64,000 bases of DNA from Promethearchaeota archaeon (GTDB taxonomy: Archaea > Asgardarchaeota > Lokiarchaeia > Sigyniarchaeales > SOKP01), in contig JAHPZE010000004.1 of the NCBI GenBank assembly GCA_019058365.1, positions 192,001-256,000 on the forward strand, read 5' to 3'. Numbering within the stretch: the first letter of the stretch is position 1; the number at the start of each line of letters is the position of its first letter. Under the pieces are notes generated by a model that was not told the origin of the DNA, made no database searches, and saw only the letters and a list, made by a program, of their open reading frames with translations. Position numbers and translations under genes: made by a program. Shown piece after piece: positions 39,646 to 50,822 of this stretch.

Positions 39646-41154
39646 ATGCGAAAAGATTTAGATAAAGATTTATCAGAGATCCTCAAAAAAGAAAGATTTC
39701 AAGGCAAAATGATAAACTACATTTCAAAGGGAGGGAAGTTCTTAGTTTTTACACTTCCGATTATACTTGTAATAATTACTATAGTCACTTTTTATATATT
39801 TCCAGTATTACCAGCAGTTACTTCATTTTTCGATCATCCAATAGAATACAAAGTGTTAGCGCTAACTTTTATTGTCGTTTTAATAATTTATTTTTTTAAT
39901 TCCATTATGTTACTATTAGGAGCTACATCCACCGAAAGTTCTCTTAAATTACGATTAAAATTTGAAAGAAAAAGAGGTAGACCAATAGATAGTCTTGATG
40001 GGTTCGATTTACTCTCGAATAATGTAAAGCGAGTTACAAGTTTACTTAAAACTATTGCCCTTGTTTGCATAGTATCATTAGTTTTATTCATAATAATGCT
40101 ATTTATGAGTGAATTTAATTTAGGATTTGCAGCCGCAGGTTTTTCCTTAGTGGGTTTTGGTCTAGCATTATTAATTCGGAGTTTAAATCTTAATATTCAT
40201 GATGTTAATGGTCTTCAAGACTTTTACAAACCAACGACCCATGAAATCTTCCTAGATAACTTCTTTGCAGAGATTTTATCAAATCATTTAGACCCAGTCA
40301 CCTATCTTAAATGGGACGAGTATTTAGCAGGAATAAATAAAATATTAATACCTACATTCGTACAAAAAATTAGAGAAACCGAACCAGATGAGCTTCCTAT
40401 AACTTTTGCCATTGAGAAAATCTTATTTTTGTATTATCTAAAGTTCCAAGAAGTCGTAACGGAAGAACAATTTATACAAGAACTAAAAGAAGTCATTAAC
40501 GTAGATTCGGATAGTTTTGACATTGAGGAAGGATTACTGATAGAGGGTTCCTGGTATTTCTCTACTAATGATGTATTTAAATTATTTAATTATATCAAAA
40601 AATTTAATCCTGGATTTTTCGATATCATTGATAGATTACAATTAGAATTAGCAGATAATATTGAACGTATTTCTAAAGATCCGATATACATGGATTCTTC
40701 CGCTCAAGAAGTTGTTTATCTAAACACTGAACTAAATATTATAATTTTCCTCTATAATAACTCTCCGGAAGCTAAAAAATATATTATTAAGATTAATGCA
40801 CCTGGGTTTGAGCCAAATAAATTAAAACTTGAAGTTGAAGTTGAAGGGAGAGGCACTTTTTTAATTCCCAATAGGCAGATCCCATTGATTTCTTCTGAGG
40901 GGAAAGATATTGCGGGTGTATTATCAACAATATTAGAAAATGGAGATACTATATGGCTAACCTTAGAACCTAGAGAAACTGGTGAACAAACTGTACAGAT
41001 CTTTTTACTATCATCTGACGGAACAATAATAGAGGGAAAGACACGAGCTGTGAAAGTATCTAAGAATATAAAAGATTACATAAAGAAGCTAAGTTCGATT
41101 GGGTCTCTACTTGGCGGTTTAGCAGTTCCATTATCAAAAATCTTACTATCATAA
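39646..41154 (+). CDS. Hypothetical membrane protein (4 TM, helical domain, beta-sandwich-like C-terminal domain)
   Basis: Long ORF with hydrophobic N-terminal helices; start uncertain (39580/39634/39646). Confidence 0.7.
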   Translation: MRKDLDKDLSEILKKERFQGKMINYISKGGKFLVFTLPIILVIITIVTFYIFPVLPAVTSFFDHPIEYKVLALTFIVVLIIYFFNSIMLLLGATSTESSLKLRLKFERKRGRPIDSLDGFDLLSNNVKRVTSLLKTIALVCIVSLVLFIIMLFMSEFNLGFAAAGFSLVGFGLALLIRSLNLNIHDVNGLQDFYKPTTHEIFLDNFFAEILSNHLDPVTYLKWDEYLAGINKILIPTFVQKIRETEPDELPITFAIEKILFLYYLKFQEVVTEEQFIQELKEVINVDSDSFDIEEGLLIEGSWYFSTNDVFKLFNYIKKFNPGFFDIIDRLQLELADNIERISKDPIYMDSSAQEVVYLNTELNIIIFLYNNSPEAKKYIIKINAPGFEPNKLKLEVEVEGRGTFLIPNRQIPLISSEGKDIAGVLSTILENGDTIWLTLEPRETGEQTVQIFLLSSDGTIIEGKTRAVKVSKNIKDYIKKLSSIGSLLGGLAVPLSKILLS

Positions 41155-41314
41155 AGAATAGTATAATTAGATCCTTATTCATAATCTTTTTTTATTTTTT
41201 CTTGTAGTAATTAAAAGGGTACTATTAAATTATTTTAAACTTATATGAGAATGCTTAAAAACGACATTTTAACACATAAATTTAAATATTATAAGTTGAC
41301 TATTTAAGTGTTTT

Positions 41315-41454
41315 AAAAAGGAATTTGGATTATGTGATGCTATTCAAAGGGTGTGGAAGATAGGTAAACCAGAAAATTTTCCCACAGCCTTTTATCAAGA
41401 TGATAGCATTCTAGTTGGACTGAAAATTATGTTTACAAATTACCTTCAGGCAAA
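41315..41454 (+). pseudogene. Frameshifted, truncated PAS-domain remnant 5' of the histidine kinase
   Basis: KKEFGLCDAIQRVWKIGKPENFPTAFYQDDS in one frame continues as SSWTENYVYKLPSGK in the kinase frame after a 1-nt shift near 41406-41412. Confidence 0.7.
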
Positions 41455-43182
41455 GTGATTGCGATTTTTAAAGAAAAATCAGAGTATATGGAAGCAGAAG
41501 AAAATTATAAAAAAAGAATAGAATTTGAAAAAACAATCGCTACCATCTCATCTCGATTTGTTAATCCTGTTGATATAAATAAAGCTATTGATTTATTTCT
41601 TAAAGATATTGGAAGATTTAGCCAAGTAAGTCGAAGTTATGTATTTATCTTTAATGATGACTGTAGAACAATGAGCAACACCCATGAATGGTGTGCTGAG
41701 AATGTTTTGTCACAAATTAAAGAACTCAAAGACATTCCAATGGATGCATTTCCTTGGTTAATAAATAGACTAAAGAAAGGTGAGATTTTAAACATTGAAA
41801 ATGTTGAGGATCTACCTACTGAAGCATCAGCAGAAAAAAAAGAGTTCTTAAGAGAAAATATAAAATCTTTAATTCTCTTACCGTTAAAAGTAGGAGAGGA
41901 CATAGCGGGATTCATTGGATTTGATAATGTAAGAGCATCAGAGAAATGGAGTAAAGATAATTTAAACCTTCTAAATATATCTTCTGATATTATAGGAAAT
42001 ACTTTAAAGCGTATAAAAACAGAACAAGAATTAGAAGAACTAAATCAGGAGTTAAAAAATATTGTTGAAGAAAGAACTAGAAAACTACAAGAAAGTGAAA
42101 ATGAAAAAACTGCTATCTTAGAAAGCCTTCTAGAGCATATAATCTATCAAACTATAGATAATACAATAATATATGCTAACAAAGCTGCTGCTGATTCTGT
42201 AAATTTCACGCCAGAACAATTGATTGGACGTAAATGTTATCAAGTCTGGAATAATCGAGAAGAACCATGCGATGGGTGCCCAATATTACTATCATTAAAA
42301 ATTAATAAACCAGCAAATAATGAAATAACTACTCCAGATGGGAGAATTTGGTATGTAGCAGGTTATCCTGTCAGAGATAAAGATAACAATATCATAGGTG
42401 TCGTTGAAGCTACTCTAAATATCACCGAGAAAAAAACTGCTGAGCAAAAGTTAAAAAAATCTGAGGAGAAATATCGAAAAGCCTATTATCAAGCTAATCT
42501 CTATAGAGACATTTTTGCTCACGATATCAACAATATCCTTCAGAATATTAGTTCCTCAGTTGAACTTAGCTCTCTGTATCTCAATGATCCTGAAAAGCTC
42601 CATACAATAAAGGAGTTATTTAATATAGTAGATGAACAAGTTAACAGAGCAAAAAAGTTAATATCAAATGTAAGAAAAATAACTGAACTCGACAAATCTG
42701 AAATAATTTTAGAAAAAATGGATGTGAATCAAGTATTGAATAATGCTATTGAATTTTTACAATCTAGTTTTCAAACAAGAAATATTAATATTCAACTCAA
42801 TACTCACTCTAAAAGAAATTATGTACATGCAAATAATCTTTTATTAGATATATTTGAAAACCTTTTGATCAACGCTGTCAGATATAATAATAAATCCAAT
42901 ATCGAGATAACTATTGATATTAATAAAGAACAAAAAGGAGATGAAAATTATATTAAAATGGAATTTAAAGATAATGGATTAGGTATTTCTGATCATCGTA
43001 AAAAAACTATTTTTAAAAGAGGAACGCAAAAATCACAAAAAAGTACAGGAATGGGGCTTGGATTATCTCTTGTTAAAAAAATATTAGACATTTATCATGG
43101 TGACATTAGGGTGGAGGATAAAGTCAAAGGTGACTATAAACAGGGAAGCAATTTTGTAGTTTTAATACCGACTAATTCTTAA
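41455..43182 (+). CDS. Cytoplasmic sensor histidine kinase (GAF-PAS-HisKA-HATPase)
   Basis: SNTHEWC GAF; LIGRKCY..PCDGCP PAS; H-box FAHDINN, N-box ENLLINA, DNGLGI, GMGLGL. Confidence 0.9.
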   Translation: MIAIFKEKSEYMEAEENYKKRIEFEKTIATISSRFVNPVDINKAIDLFLKDIGRFSQVSRSYVFIFNDDCRTMSNTHEWCAENVLSQIKELKDIPMDAFPWLINRLKKGEILNIENVEDLPTEASAEKKEFLRENIKSLILLPLKVGEDIAGFIGFDNVRASEKWSKDNLNLLNISSDIIGNTLKRIKTEQELEELNQELKNIVEERTRKLQESENEKTAILESLLEHIIYQTIDNTIIYANKAAADSVNFTPEQLIGRKCYQVWNNREEPCDGCPILLSLKINKPANNEITTPDGRIWYVAGYPVRDKDNNIIGVVEATLNITEKKTAEQKLKKSEEKYRKAYYQANLYRDIFAHDINNILQNISSSVELSSLYLNDPEKLHTIKELFNIVDEQVNRAKKLISNVRKITELDKSEIILEKMDVNQVLNNAIEFLQSSFQTRNINIQLNTHSKRNYVHANNLLLDIFENLLINAVRYNNKSNIEITIDINKEQKGDENYIKMEFKDNGLGISDHRKKTIFKRGTQKSQKSTGMGLGLSLVKKILDIYHGDIRVEDKVKGDYKQGSNFVVLIPTNS

Positions 43183-43300
43183 TTTTCAAAAAAAATTATC
43201 TCCTTATTGATATTCAAAATTTATCTGTATCAATTTTATTAATACTATCCTTTAATTTATTACTATAAACTTTAAAAGCGATATAGATAAAAATGAAATT

Positions 43301-44824
43301 ATGAAAACATATGACTTAGTAGTTATTGGAAGCGGAGTAGGATTAAGTGTTTTGAATGTCGGACTTCAATTAGGAATGAATTGTGCTCTTGTAGAAAATA
43401 CTAAAATAGGGGGCACCTGTTTAACACGAGGTTGTATCCCTTCGAAAGTATTGGTCTATCCGGCTGATTTAATCCGAGAAACTCAGCATGCCAAAAAAGT
43501 TGGAATTAAGTTCAATGTAGAAAATATTGATTGGGATTTAATGGCAAAAAGAATGTGGTCTCAAATCGATGAAAGTAAAATGATTGACCAAGGATTATCA
43601 ACTGTGCCGAATTTGAAAGTGTATAAGGGAGTTGGAGAATTTGTTGGAGAATATGAGATGAAAGTGAATGATACTAAGAAAAGTAAAGAGTTAGGACATT
43701 TCAAAGCTGAACGATTTGTAATTGCTTCAGGGGCGAGATCTTTTATACCACCAATTCAGGGAATAGAAGATATGAACTATATAACCAATGAAAACTTTTT
43801 TGGTGATAGATTTCCAAAAAAGCCATGGAAAAGTCTCATTATTATTGGTGGTGGAGTTATAGCAGCAGAATTTGCACATATTTTCTCTGCAATGGGTACT
43901 GAGGTGATTATTGTGGAGATGCTTCCTCGATTAACTGTAACAGAAGAACCTGAGATTAGCGAACTATTGGAGAAAAGTTTCAACAATCATATGAAAGTTT
44001 TGTTAAATGAAAAGGCAATAAAAGCATATATGAACAAAAATCAAAAAGTAATTTTAGTAAAAAATATGAAGACTGGCGTAGAAAAGGAAATAATAGCAGA
44101 GGAAATTCTTATTGCAGCAGGACGACGTTCAAATGCAGACTTATTAAAGGTAGAAAACACTGGGCTTGTAACGGATGAGAGGGGTTGGATAAAAACTAAT
44201 GAATACTTAGAAACCAATAAGAATAATATTTGGTGTATAGGAGATGCAAACGGTCTTTATCAATTTAGACATAAGGCAAATTATGAAGCAGAAATCTGCA
44301 CAAATAATATATTTGGTCCAGAAGATCAAAAACGATCTGTCGATTATTCTGCAGTTCCATGGGCTATCTTTACATATCCTCAAATAGGACATGTTGGAAT
44401 GACACAAGCAGAAGCTATTGAAAAAGGTTATGAGATTTATGTTGCTATGAAAAATTATTCAACCATAGCAAAAGGTTATGCAATGGGTTTTGAAAGTAAT
44501 CAAGAGGATGATGGCTTTGTAAAATTAATTGTTGATAAATCTTATAAAATATTAGGAGCTCATGTAGTAGGCCCTCATGCGGCTCTTTTAGTGCAACCAT
44601 TTGTATATCTAATGAATTCAGGATTTACTTGTACACTACCAGAATATAGGGACGAAAAAAGCCTACCTAAAGTAGAAAAAGCTTGTCCTGAAGCAGGATC
44701 CTTTATACCTATATATCGTTCAATGGTTATACACCCTTCTCTTAATGAAGTAACAGGGTGGGCAATTGGCAATTTGAAACCGGTTAATATTAAAATGGAA
44801 CATCATGAACATCATCATACTTAA
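43301..44824 (+). CDS. Pyridine nucleotide-disulfide oxidoreductase (dihydrolipoamide dehydrogenase/mycothione reductase-like)
   Basis: VIGSG, GGTCLTRGCIPSK, IGGGVIAAE, IGD, HPSLNE; His-rich tail. Confidence 0.88.
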   Translation: MKTYDLVVIGSGVGLSVLNVGLQLGMNCALVENTKIGGTCLTRGCIPSKVLVYPADLIRETQHAKKVGIKFNVENIDWDLMAKRMWSQIDESKMIDQGLSTVPNLKVYKGVGEFVGEYEMKVNDTKKSKELGHFKAERFVIASGARSFIPPIQGIEDMNYITNENFFGDRFPKKPWKSLIIIGGGVIAAEFAHIFSAMGTEVIIVEMLPRLTVTEEPEISELLEKSFNNHMKVLLNEKAIKAYMNKNQKVILVKNMKTGVEKEIIAEEILIAAGRRSNADLLKVENTGLVTDERGWIKTNEYLETNKNNIWCIGDANGLYQFRHKANYEAEICTNNIFGPEDQKRSVDYSAVPWAIFTYPQIGHVGMTQAEAIEKGYEIYVAMKNYSTIAKGYAMGFESNQEDDGFVKLIVDKSYKILGAHVVGPHAALLVQPFVYLMNSGFTCTLPEYRDEKSLPKVEKACPEAGSFIPIYRSMVIHPSLNEVTGWAIGNLKPVNIKMEHHEHHHT

Positions 44825-44954
44825 AGAATTAATAGTAAGATGTTTTCTTTTTTAATTTACTCGGTTTTTTTAAGTTTTTGCTAAAACATGGCTTACTAAT
44901 TTTGATTGATTTAACCATCAATTATATAGATTCTTAATCTAATATTAAGATCAG

Positions 44955-46910
44955 ATGGTATTAAAAAACATTAATTCTAAAAGAGATAATAGAATTGGAC
45001 AAATCTTTACTCCAAGTTATATTGCTGAATTTATGGTTAGAAACATAATTTCATTCATCATGAAATCAAGAAAAGACCCTTCTAATTTAAGAATCCTAGA
45101 GCCCTCTGTAGGAGAAGGGATTTTTCTGAAATATCTCTTAAAATATCACTTTTCTGATATAACTGCTTATGAAAGGGATGATGATTTGAAAGACGTCCTT
45201 GTGAAATCTTATCCTAATATAGACGTTAAATTTGACAATTTTTTAAGCTCAAATCCAAATGAAAAATTTGATATCATAATTGGAAACCCTCCATATTTGG
45301 GGCAAAATTATAATGCTGAAATATTTCAAGAATATGTAATGAAATATCCTTTTTGTGCGAAATTTTTTGTAGGGAATATGGATTTATTTTACTTTTTCAT
45401 TCATTTAGGAATAGAAAAATTAAAACCGGGTGGAATTCTTTCGTTTATCACCACTAATTATTGGATTACAAAATCTAAGAAAACTGGTATAAAATTATTA
45501 AAACCACATGTGTTAAAAGAATGTTTTTTGCTTCAATTTATAGATTTATCTCAATTACACTTATTTGAAAGTGCTAAAGGTCAACAAAACTGTATTTTTG
45601 TATTACAAAAAAAGACTGAGCAAGAGAAAATTCAAATGAAAAATAAAAATATTGAAGTAATTCAAATTATTAAAAATAAAGAAATCGATCAAAATTCTAA
45701 ATCATTAAATGAAGTAGTTTTCAAAGATTTAAGCTCTGGAAATGTTTTAAGCAATGTTAAGAGATTCACCTCAGCAATTACTAATAACGATTTAAGAAAA
45801 GATGAAAGTTGGAATCTCATCTACCCTAATGAAGTAAAATATGTAGTAGACAAAATTGAAAGCTATTGCAAAGTAAATAGAAAAAACTCATTTTTAAAAG
45901 ATTATTTCTTAATACGAAATGGGTTAATTCTCATAAAAGATTCTATTTTCATATTATATGAAGGTAAAAATTTAAGAATTGAGAATAATGATTTCTTTAT
46001 TCGTATAAATAGAGATTTTTTAAAACTCTCTAAAGTTGAGAAATCAAGATTAAAAAAAATATATAAAAGCAAATCAATTAAAGCATATGGCTATGAGGAA
46101 GATGACTATATAGGATATGTGATTTATTTTAATAAAAATGAATTTAAATCACAATCTACTCTTGAAAGAAACCAACTAATTAATTTGAAATACCCTCTTC
46201 TTTCAAAATATATTCAACAATATGAAAAAGAATTAAAAGATATTTTAATCAATGCCAAAGAAAACCCAGATGATTTTTATTTTCCTAGAAGAGGTTCTTT
46301 TATCCGCCTATTTGAAAGAAATAATATAGAAAAATTAACAGATCTTGAACCTTTATATGATAACGGGGAGAAGATCTTTTTTAAATTTATTTCAAAAGAA
46401 AATAATTTTGGATATACAAACACCTCCTACTATGCCACTTCAGATACATACTTCCTATGGCAAAAATGCCCCGATGATGAGATTGACTATCTGTTTATCC
46501 TTGCCTATCTGAATTCCAGATTAATCACTTTCATTTTTCAAGCAAAAAATATTTCTGTAAAAAGAAGTAAAACTAAGCTTGAACAAGGATTACCTATACC
46601 TCATCTAAATAATTTTATAAATAAAGAGAGTAAAGCTATTATAGAATTAATTAAAACATTTTCTTATTACTTAATTGGAATTACTTACGGCAAATCCAAC
46701 AAAAATATTGAAAATCTTATTGAAAAAATACAAACTTCAAATTACTTTACATATACCAAAAATATCAAATTAAAAGAAAAGGTAATTAGATTATTAAAAA
46801 AACATGATAGGGATAATATAAAAATCATATTAGATCAACTATTTTTTCAACTTTTTAATTTAGATGGAAAAATAATAAATAAATTATTAAAAGAATATTA
46901 TAATCTTTAA
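44955..46910 (+). CDS. N6-adenine DNA methyltransferase (gamma class, TaqI/Eco57I-like)
   Basis: GQIFTP, ILEPSVGEGIF (motif I), IIGNPPY (motif IV), FILAYLNS in the TRD region. Confidence 0.85.
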   Translation: MVLKNINSKRDNRIGQIFTPSYIAEFMVRNIISFIMKSRKDPSNLRILEPSVGEGIFLKYLLKYHFSDITAYERDDDLKDVLVKSYPNIDVKFDNFLSSNPNEKFDIIIGNPPYLGQNYNAEIFQEYVMKYPFCAKFFVGNMDLFYFFIHLGIEKLKPGGILSFITTNYWITKSKKTGIKLLKPHVLKECFLLQFIDLSQLHLFESAKGQQNCIFVLQKKTEQEKIQMKNKNIEVIQIIKNKEIDQNSKSLNEVVFKDLSSGNVLSNVKRFTSAITNNDLRKDESWNLIYPNEVKYVVDKIESYCKVNRKNSFLKDYFLIRNGLILIKDSIFILYEGKNLRIENNDFFIRINRDFLKLSKVEKSRLKKIYKSKSIKAYGYEEDDYIGYVIYFNKNEFKSQSTLERNQLINLKYPLLSKYIQQYEKELKDILINAKENPDDFYFPRRGSFIRLFERNNIEKLTDLEPLYDNGEKIFFKFISKENNFGYTNTSYYATSDTYFLWQKCPDDEIDYLFILAYLNSRLITFIFQAKNISVKRSKTKLEQGLPIPHLNNFINKESKAIIELIKTFSYYLIGITYGKSNKNIENLIEKIQTSNYFTYTKNIKLKEKVIRLLKKHDRDNIKIILDQLFFQLFNLDGKIINKLLKEYYNL

Positions 46911-47003
46911 TTAAACTTATTTCTCAGGCTTTACTGCTTTATTTTCCAAAATCGATAAGTTTTTATAGGTATTATAGTATATTTTAATTGTAAGAACTAA
47001 GTT

Positions 47004-47020
47004 GTCAATTATAAATTGAC
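47004..47020. promoter_or_regulatory. Palindromic operator upstream of hsp20
   Basis: GTCAAT-TATAA-ATTGAC between a TATA-like TTTTTATA (46960-46967) and the GGTGA RBS. Confidence 0.55.
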
Positions 47021-47043
47021 GTTTTTAAGAAATTTGGTGATAA

Positions 47044-47661
47044 ATGATTAAGGATGAATTTGATGACTTTATTGATGAAATTAAAAGATATTTTAAATTA
47101 GATTCAGATAAATTTGATGTGGATTTTTTATTTATTCCAGATTCAGAAAATAAATCAAAATTAAAACCCGATGATAAGAAAGTAAAAGGGATTAAGATAT
47201 CATATCATTTTGAAACAGGTATGGAAAAACCTGAGATTCGAATTGAAGGAAATATCGATGAGAAGAAGATTCAAGAGTATTTTGAAGGAATAGATATCTC
47301 GAAATATCCTAGCATTAAAAAGTTACTTGAATCAAGAAATATTGAAGAAATTGATGTCAGTGAGCTTTCTTTAGAATCAAGTGAATATGATAAGGATTTA
47401 AATATAATAGAACCACATACCGAAATTAATGATTACAATGAATATACTGAAATTGTTCTTGAAATTCCTGGAATAAATGAAGAGGAAATCATGATAGATA
47501 TTTGCGACGAGGGAAATAAGTTAATCTTTAAAGCTGAAAATGAAAATAGAAAATATATAAAAAATGTTAATTTACCTTTAATAACTTCAACTAAAGACTA
47601 TAATGTTGAAGTAAAAAATGGATTAGCTATTATTCTAATAAAGAAATCAGAGAGCTATTAA
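47044..47661 (+). CDS. Small heat shock protein (Hsp20/alpha-crystallin family)
   Basis: EPHTEI..IVLEIPGI..YIKNVNLP..KNGLAIILIKK; GGTGA RBS. Confidence 0.8.
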   Translation: MIKDEFDDFIDEIKRYFKLDSDKFDVDFLFIPDSENKSKLKPDDKKVKGIKISYHFETGMEKPEIRIEGNIDEKKIQEYFEGIDISKYPSIKKLLESRNIEEIDVSELSLESSEYDKDLNIIEPHTEINDYNEYTEIVLEIPGINEEEIMIDICDEGNKLIFKAENENRKYIKNVNLPLITSTKDYNVEVKNGLAIILIKKSESY

Positions 47662-47723
47662 CTATTATATAGAAAAATATAGAATGAAAAATTAAACAAA
47701 AATGAATATAAAGGGATAAAAAA

Positions 47724-49949
47724 ATGAGTGGGATAACTCGGGAGTATAGGGCAGAAGGAATAAAAGTAAGGATAAAAGATGCTTATAAAGGAGATGCTGG
47801 TAGAGGAAGAATAAGAATAGATCCAGAAGTAATTGATAACCTTAACCTTAGAACTGGTGATGTTATTGAAATCTCCCATAATGCAGCGGGTAAGAAAACT
47901 GCTGCTTTACTATATCCAGGAAAACTAGAAGATGCAGGTACAAATACAATCAGGATAGATTCTTCATTGAGAAGGAATATTGGTGCTTCTCTAGATGATA
48001 TAGTAGAAATTCGAAAAATAGATGCTAGTTTAGCCGATAGGATTACATTTGCTGGGTTAGAAGAGTCTGTTATTCTTAGGAGATCTGATCAATTGGTACG
48101 AATGTTAGAAAATCGTGTTATCACTAAAGGGGATATTCTCAGTTTTAATGCGATGGGTCGAAGGATTGATTTTATAGTTATAGATTTTAATCCTAAAGCT
48201 GCGGCTGTTAGGATTCATTTAGATACTAAAATTACGATCTCAGAAAAAACAAATAAAGAGCTTGAAGAATTAGAGGCAAGGAGAGTTACTTATGAAGATA
48301 TTGGGGGTTTAGAAGAAGAGATCCAGAAGATTCGGGAAATGATTGAATTACCAATAAGACATCCCGAATTATTTAAAAGAATAGGTATTGACCCTCCTAA
48401 AGGGGTTTTACTGCATGGGCCTCCAGGTACGGGTAAGACCTTGCTTGCAAGAGCTGTTGCGTATGAAACTGAGGCACATTTTATAACAATCAGCGGACCT
48501 GAAATTATGAGCAAGTTCTATGGACAGAGTGAGGAAAACCTTCGTAAAGTATTTGAAGAAGCTAAAGAGATGGCACCCTCGATAATATTCATTGATGAAT
48601 TGGATTCAATAGCTCCTAAGAGGGGTGAAGTCACTGGTGAAGTAGAAAGAAGAGTTGTTGCTCAATTACTTTCATTATTAGATGGTTTAGAAGGGAGGGG
48701 TGAAACTATTGTTATAGGGGCAACAAATAGAGTGAATGATATAGATCCAGCACTTAGGCGTCCTGGAAGATTTGACCGAGAAATCGAGATTGGTGTCCCA
48801 GATACTGACGGTAGATATGAAATATTATTAATCCACACACGTGGAATGCCCTTATATGATGACGTAGATCTGCGTCTTATGGCTGAAAAGACTCATGGGT
48901 TTGTCGGTGCGGATGTAGAAGCATTAGCAAAAGAAGCTGCAATGTTAGCAATTAGAGAGTTATTACCAAAAATTGATTTAGATAAACCAATTCCTCCTGA
49001 AATTTTAGCTGACCTTCTAATTAAGATGAAAAATTTTGAAACGGCTTTAAATAGTATCGAACCTTCGGCTCTGAGAGAAGTGTTAATTAGCCAACCTACT
49101 GAAACATGGGATGATATTGGAGGTTTAGAAGAAGCAAAACAACAATTAATGGAAATAATTGAATGGCCATTAAAATATCCAGAATTATACAGACATTTAA
49201 ATTCAAAACCACCTAATGGAATATTGCTCTTTGGACCTCCTGGAACGGGAAAAACTCTTTTAGCAAGAGCACTAGCTCATGAAAGTGAAGTTAATTTTAT
49301 TTCAGTAAAAGGACCAGAGTTTCTTTCTAAATGGGTTGGTGAAAGTGAAAAGGCAGTAAGAGAAACATTTCGAAAAGCAAGAGCAGCAGCTCCTTGTATT
49401 ATATTTTTCGATGAAGTCGATGCAATAGCCGGTATGAGGGGTAGATTTGCTAGCTCCCAGGTAACAGAACAAGTAGTCTCTCAGTTACTAACAGAAATGG
49501 ATGGATTAGAAGGATTGAAAGATGTTATATTACTTGCTGCTACAAATCGACCAGATATGCTTGATCCTGCTTTATTACGTTCAGGGAGATTTGGAAGACA
49601 TATTGATATACCGATGCCAGACAAAGATGCGCGTGTTGAGATATTTAAAATTCATCTTAAAAATAAGCCATTAGCTAAAGATGTAAGCATTGATCAACTA
49701 TCACAAGATTTAGAAGGATATACAGGCGCTGATATTCAAGCAATCTGCGAAGAAGCAACACTCTTAACTATTCGCAAGGCTATTAATGATACAAAAATCG
49801 ACACAAAGAATGAAGATTCAGTTAAAGTAGTAAAAATTTCTAAAGCTGAATTTGAAATATCAATAGAAAAGGTAGTAAAGTCAGCCGATAAGGCTAAAAA
49901 ATCCCATGAAACATATTCAAAAGAACCTTCAGAAGAATTATATCGATAA
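47724..49949 (+). CDS. cdc48: CDC48/VAT AAA+ ATPase
   Basis: DAGRG N-domain, two GPPGTGKT Walker [19 protein letters not shown]-terminal LYR (HbYX). Confidence 0.95.
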   Translation: MSGITREYRAEGIKVRIKDAYKGDAGRGRIRIDPEVIDNLNLRTGDVIEISHNAAGKKTAALLYPGKLEDAGTNTIRIDSSLRRNIGASLDDIVEIRKIDASLADRITFAGLEESVILRRSDQLVRMLENRVITKGDILSFNAMGRRIDFIVIDFNPKAAAVRIHLDTKITISEKTNKELEELEARRVTYEDIGGLEEEIQKIREMIELPIRHPELFKRIGIDPPKGVLLHGPPGTGKTLLARAVAYETEAHFITISGPEIMSKFYGQSEENLRKVFEEAKEMAPSIIFIDELDSIAPKRGEVTGEVERRVVAQLLSLLDGLEGRGETIVIGATNRVNDIDPALRRPGRFDREIEIGVPDTDGRYEILLIHTRGMPLYDDVDLRLMAEKTHGFVGADVEALAKEAAMLAIRELLPKIDLDKPIPPEILADLLIKMKNFETALNSIEPSALREVLISQPTETWDDIGGLEEAKQQLMEIIEWPLKYPELYRHLNSKPPNGILLFGPPGTGKTLLARALAHESEVNFISVKGPEFLSKWVGESEKAVRETFRKARAAAPCIIFFDEVDAIAGMRGRFASSQVTEQVVSQLLTEMDGLEGLKDVILLAATNRPDMLDPALLRSGRFGRHIDIPMPDKDARVEIFKIHLKNKPLAKDVSIDQLSQDLEGYTGADIQAICEEATLLTIRKAINDTKIDTKNEDSVKVVKISKAEFEISIEKVVKSADKAKKSHETYSKEPSEELYR

Positions 49950-49991
49950 TAAACATTTAAATAGAAAACTAAAAAAAAAGGAGTGATTAAA

Positions 49992-50777
49992 ATGGAATTA
50001 GAGGACCAAGAAGGAGGAGATGTTTTTCTTAGTATTGATAGCTTGTTTGAAATATTAGGAAATCCTACAAGAAGAATGATTTTATCAAAGTTAGCAAAAG
50101 TTCCGTTAGGGGCTTCGGAATTGGCAGCCTCGTTCGGAAAAAAGATATCAAGACAAGCGATTCATAGCCAACTTAAAATGCTTACTGATTATGGGATAAT
50201 TGAAAGCTTTGGTGAAGATCCAAGAAGTATTAAATATCGTATTAATAGTAATCTATCTTTAAGAATTGATGTCACTCCAGATTATTTTAATATAAATTAC
50301 AATATAGCGAAAATTAATAACGCTCGAGACAATTTGGAAATTAAAGACACGGGATGTCAAGTAGATTATCAAAAAATTAGGAGCCCAGATAAGAAGCTCA
50401 GATTTTTAGCAGAAAAAATTAAGGAAATTGAACAAAGTATAGGCGGTTTAGAACAAGAGAGAACTGTGCTATTACATAATAAAGAATGTTTTATTATAGA
50501 ATTAAAAAACATAATCAAAGACCAATATGAAGATGATCTTAAGACAAAAGAGCAACCCAATTTAGAGAAAGAGATTTTTTATACACTTTTTTATAATCCA
50601 ATAAAATATTTCAAAAGAATAAACATTGATAAATTACTTGATGATATGTTCTTTTCAGAAATGGGACCGATTAGAAGGGATCAACATAAAGTATCCATTA
50701 GGCATCTACTTAGAGATTTGTCCAGTTTAATGGATGTCTTTCGTGAAGATGAGGATAATTGGTTTTTCGATATTTAA
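49992..50777 (+). CDS. ArsR-family heat-shock regulator (Phr/HSR1-like) with coiled coil
   Basis: ILGNPTRRMILSKL..ISRQAIHSQLKML..GIIES; in hsp20-cdc48 operon; GGAGTGA RBS. Confidence 0.78.
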   Translation: MELEDQEGGDVFLSIDSLFEILGNPTRRMILSKLAKVPLGASELAASFGKKISRQAIHSQLKMLTDYGIIESFGEDPRSIKYRINSNLSLRIDVTPDYFNINYNIAKINNARDNLEIKDTGCQVDYQKIRSPDKKLRFLAEKIKEIEQSIGGLEQERTVLLHNKECFIIELKNIIKDQYEDDLKTKEQPNLEKEIFYTLFYNPIKYFKRINIDKLLDDMFFSEMGPIRRDQHKVSIRHLLRDLSSLMDVFREDEDNWFFDI

Positions 50778-50822
50778 AATAAAGTTTTTTTCGAAATTAT
50801 TATCTAGTTTTAATGCTGAATT

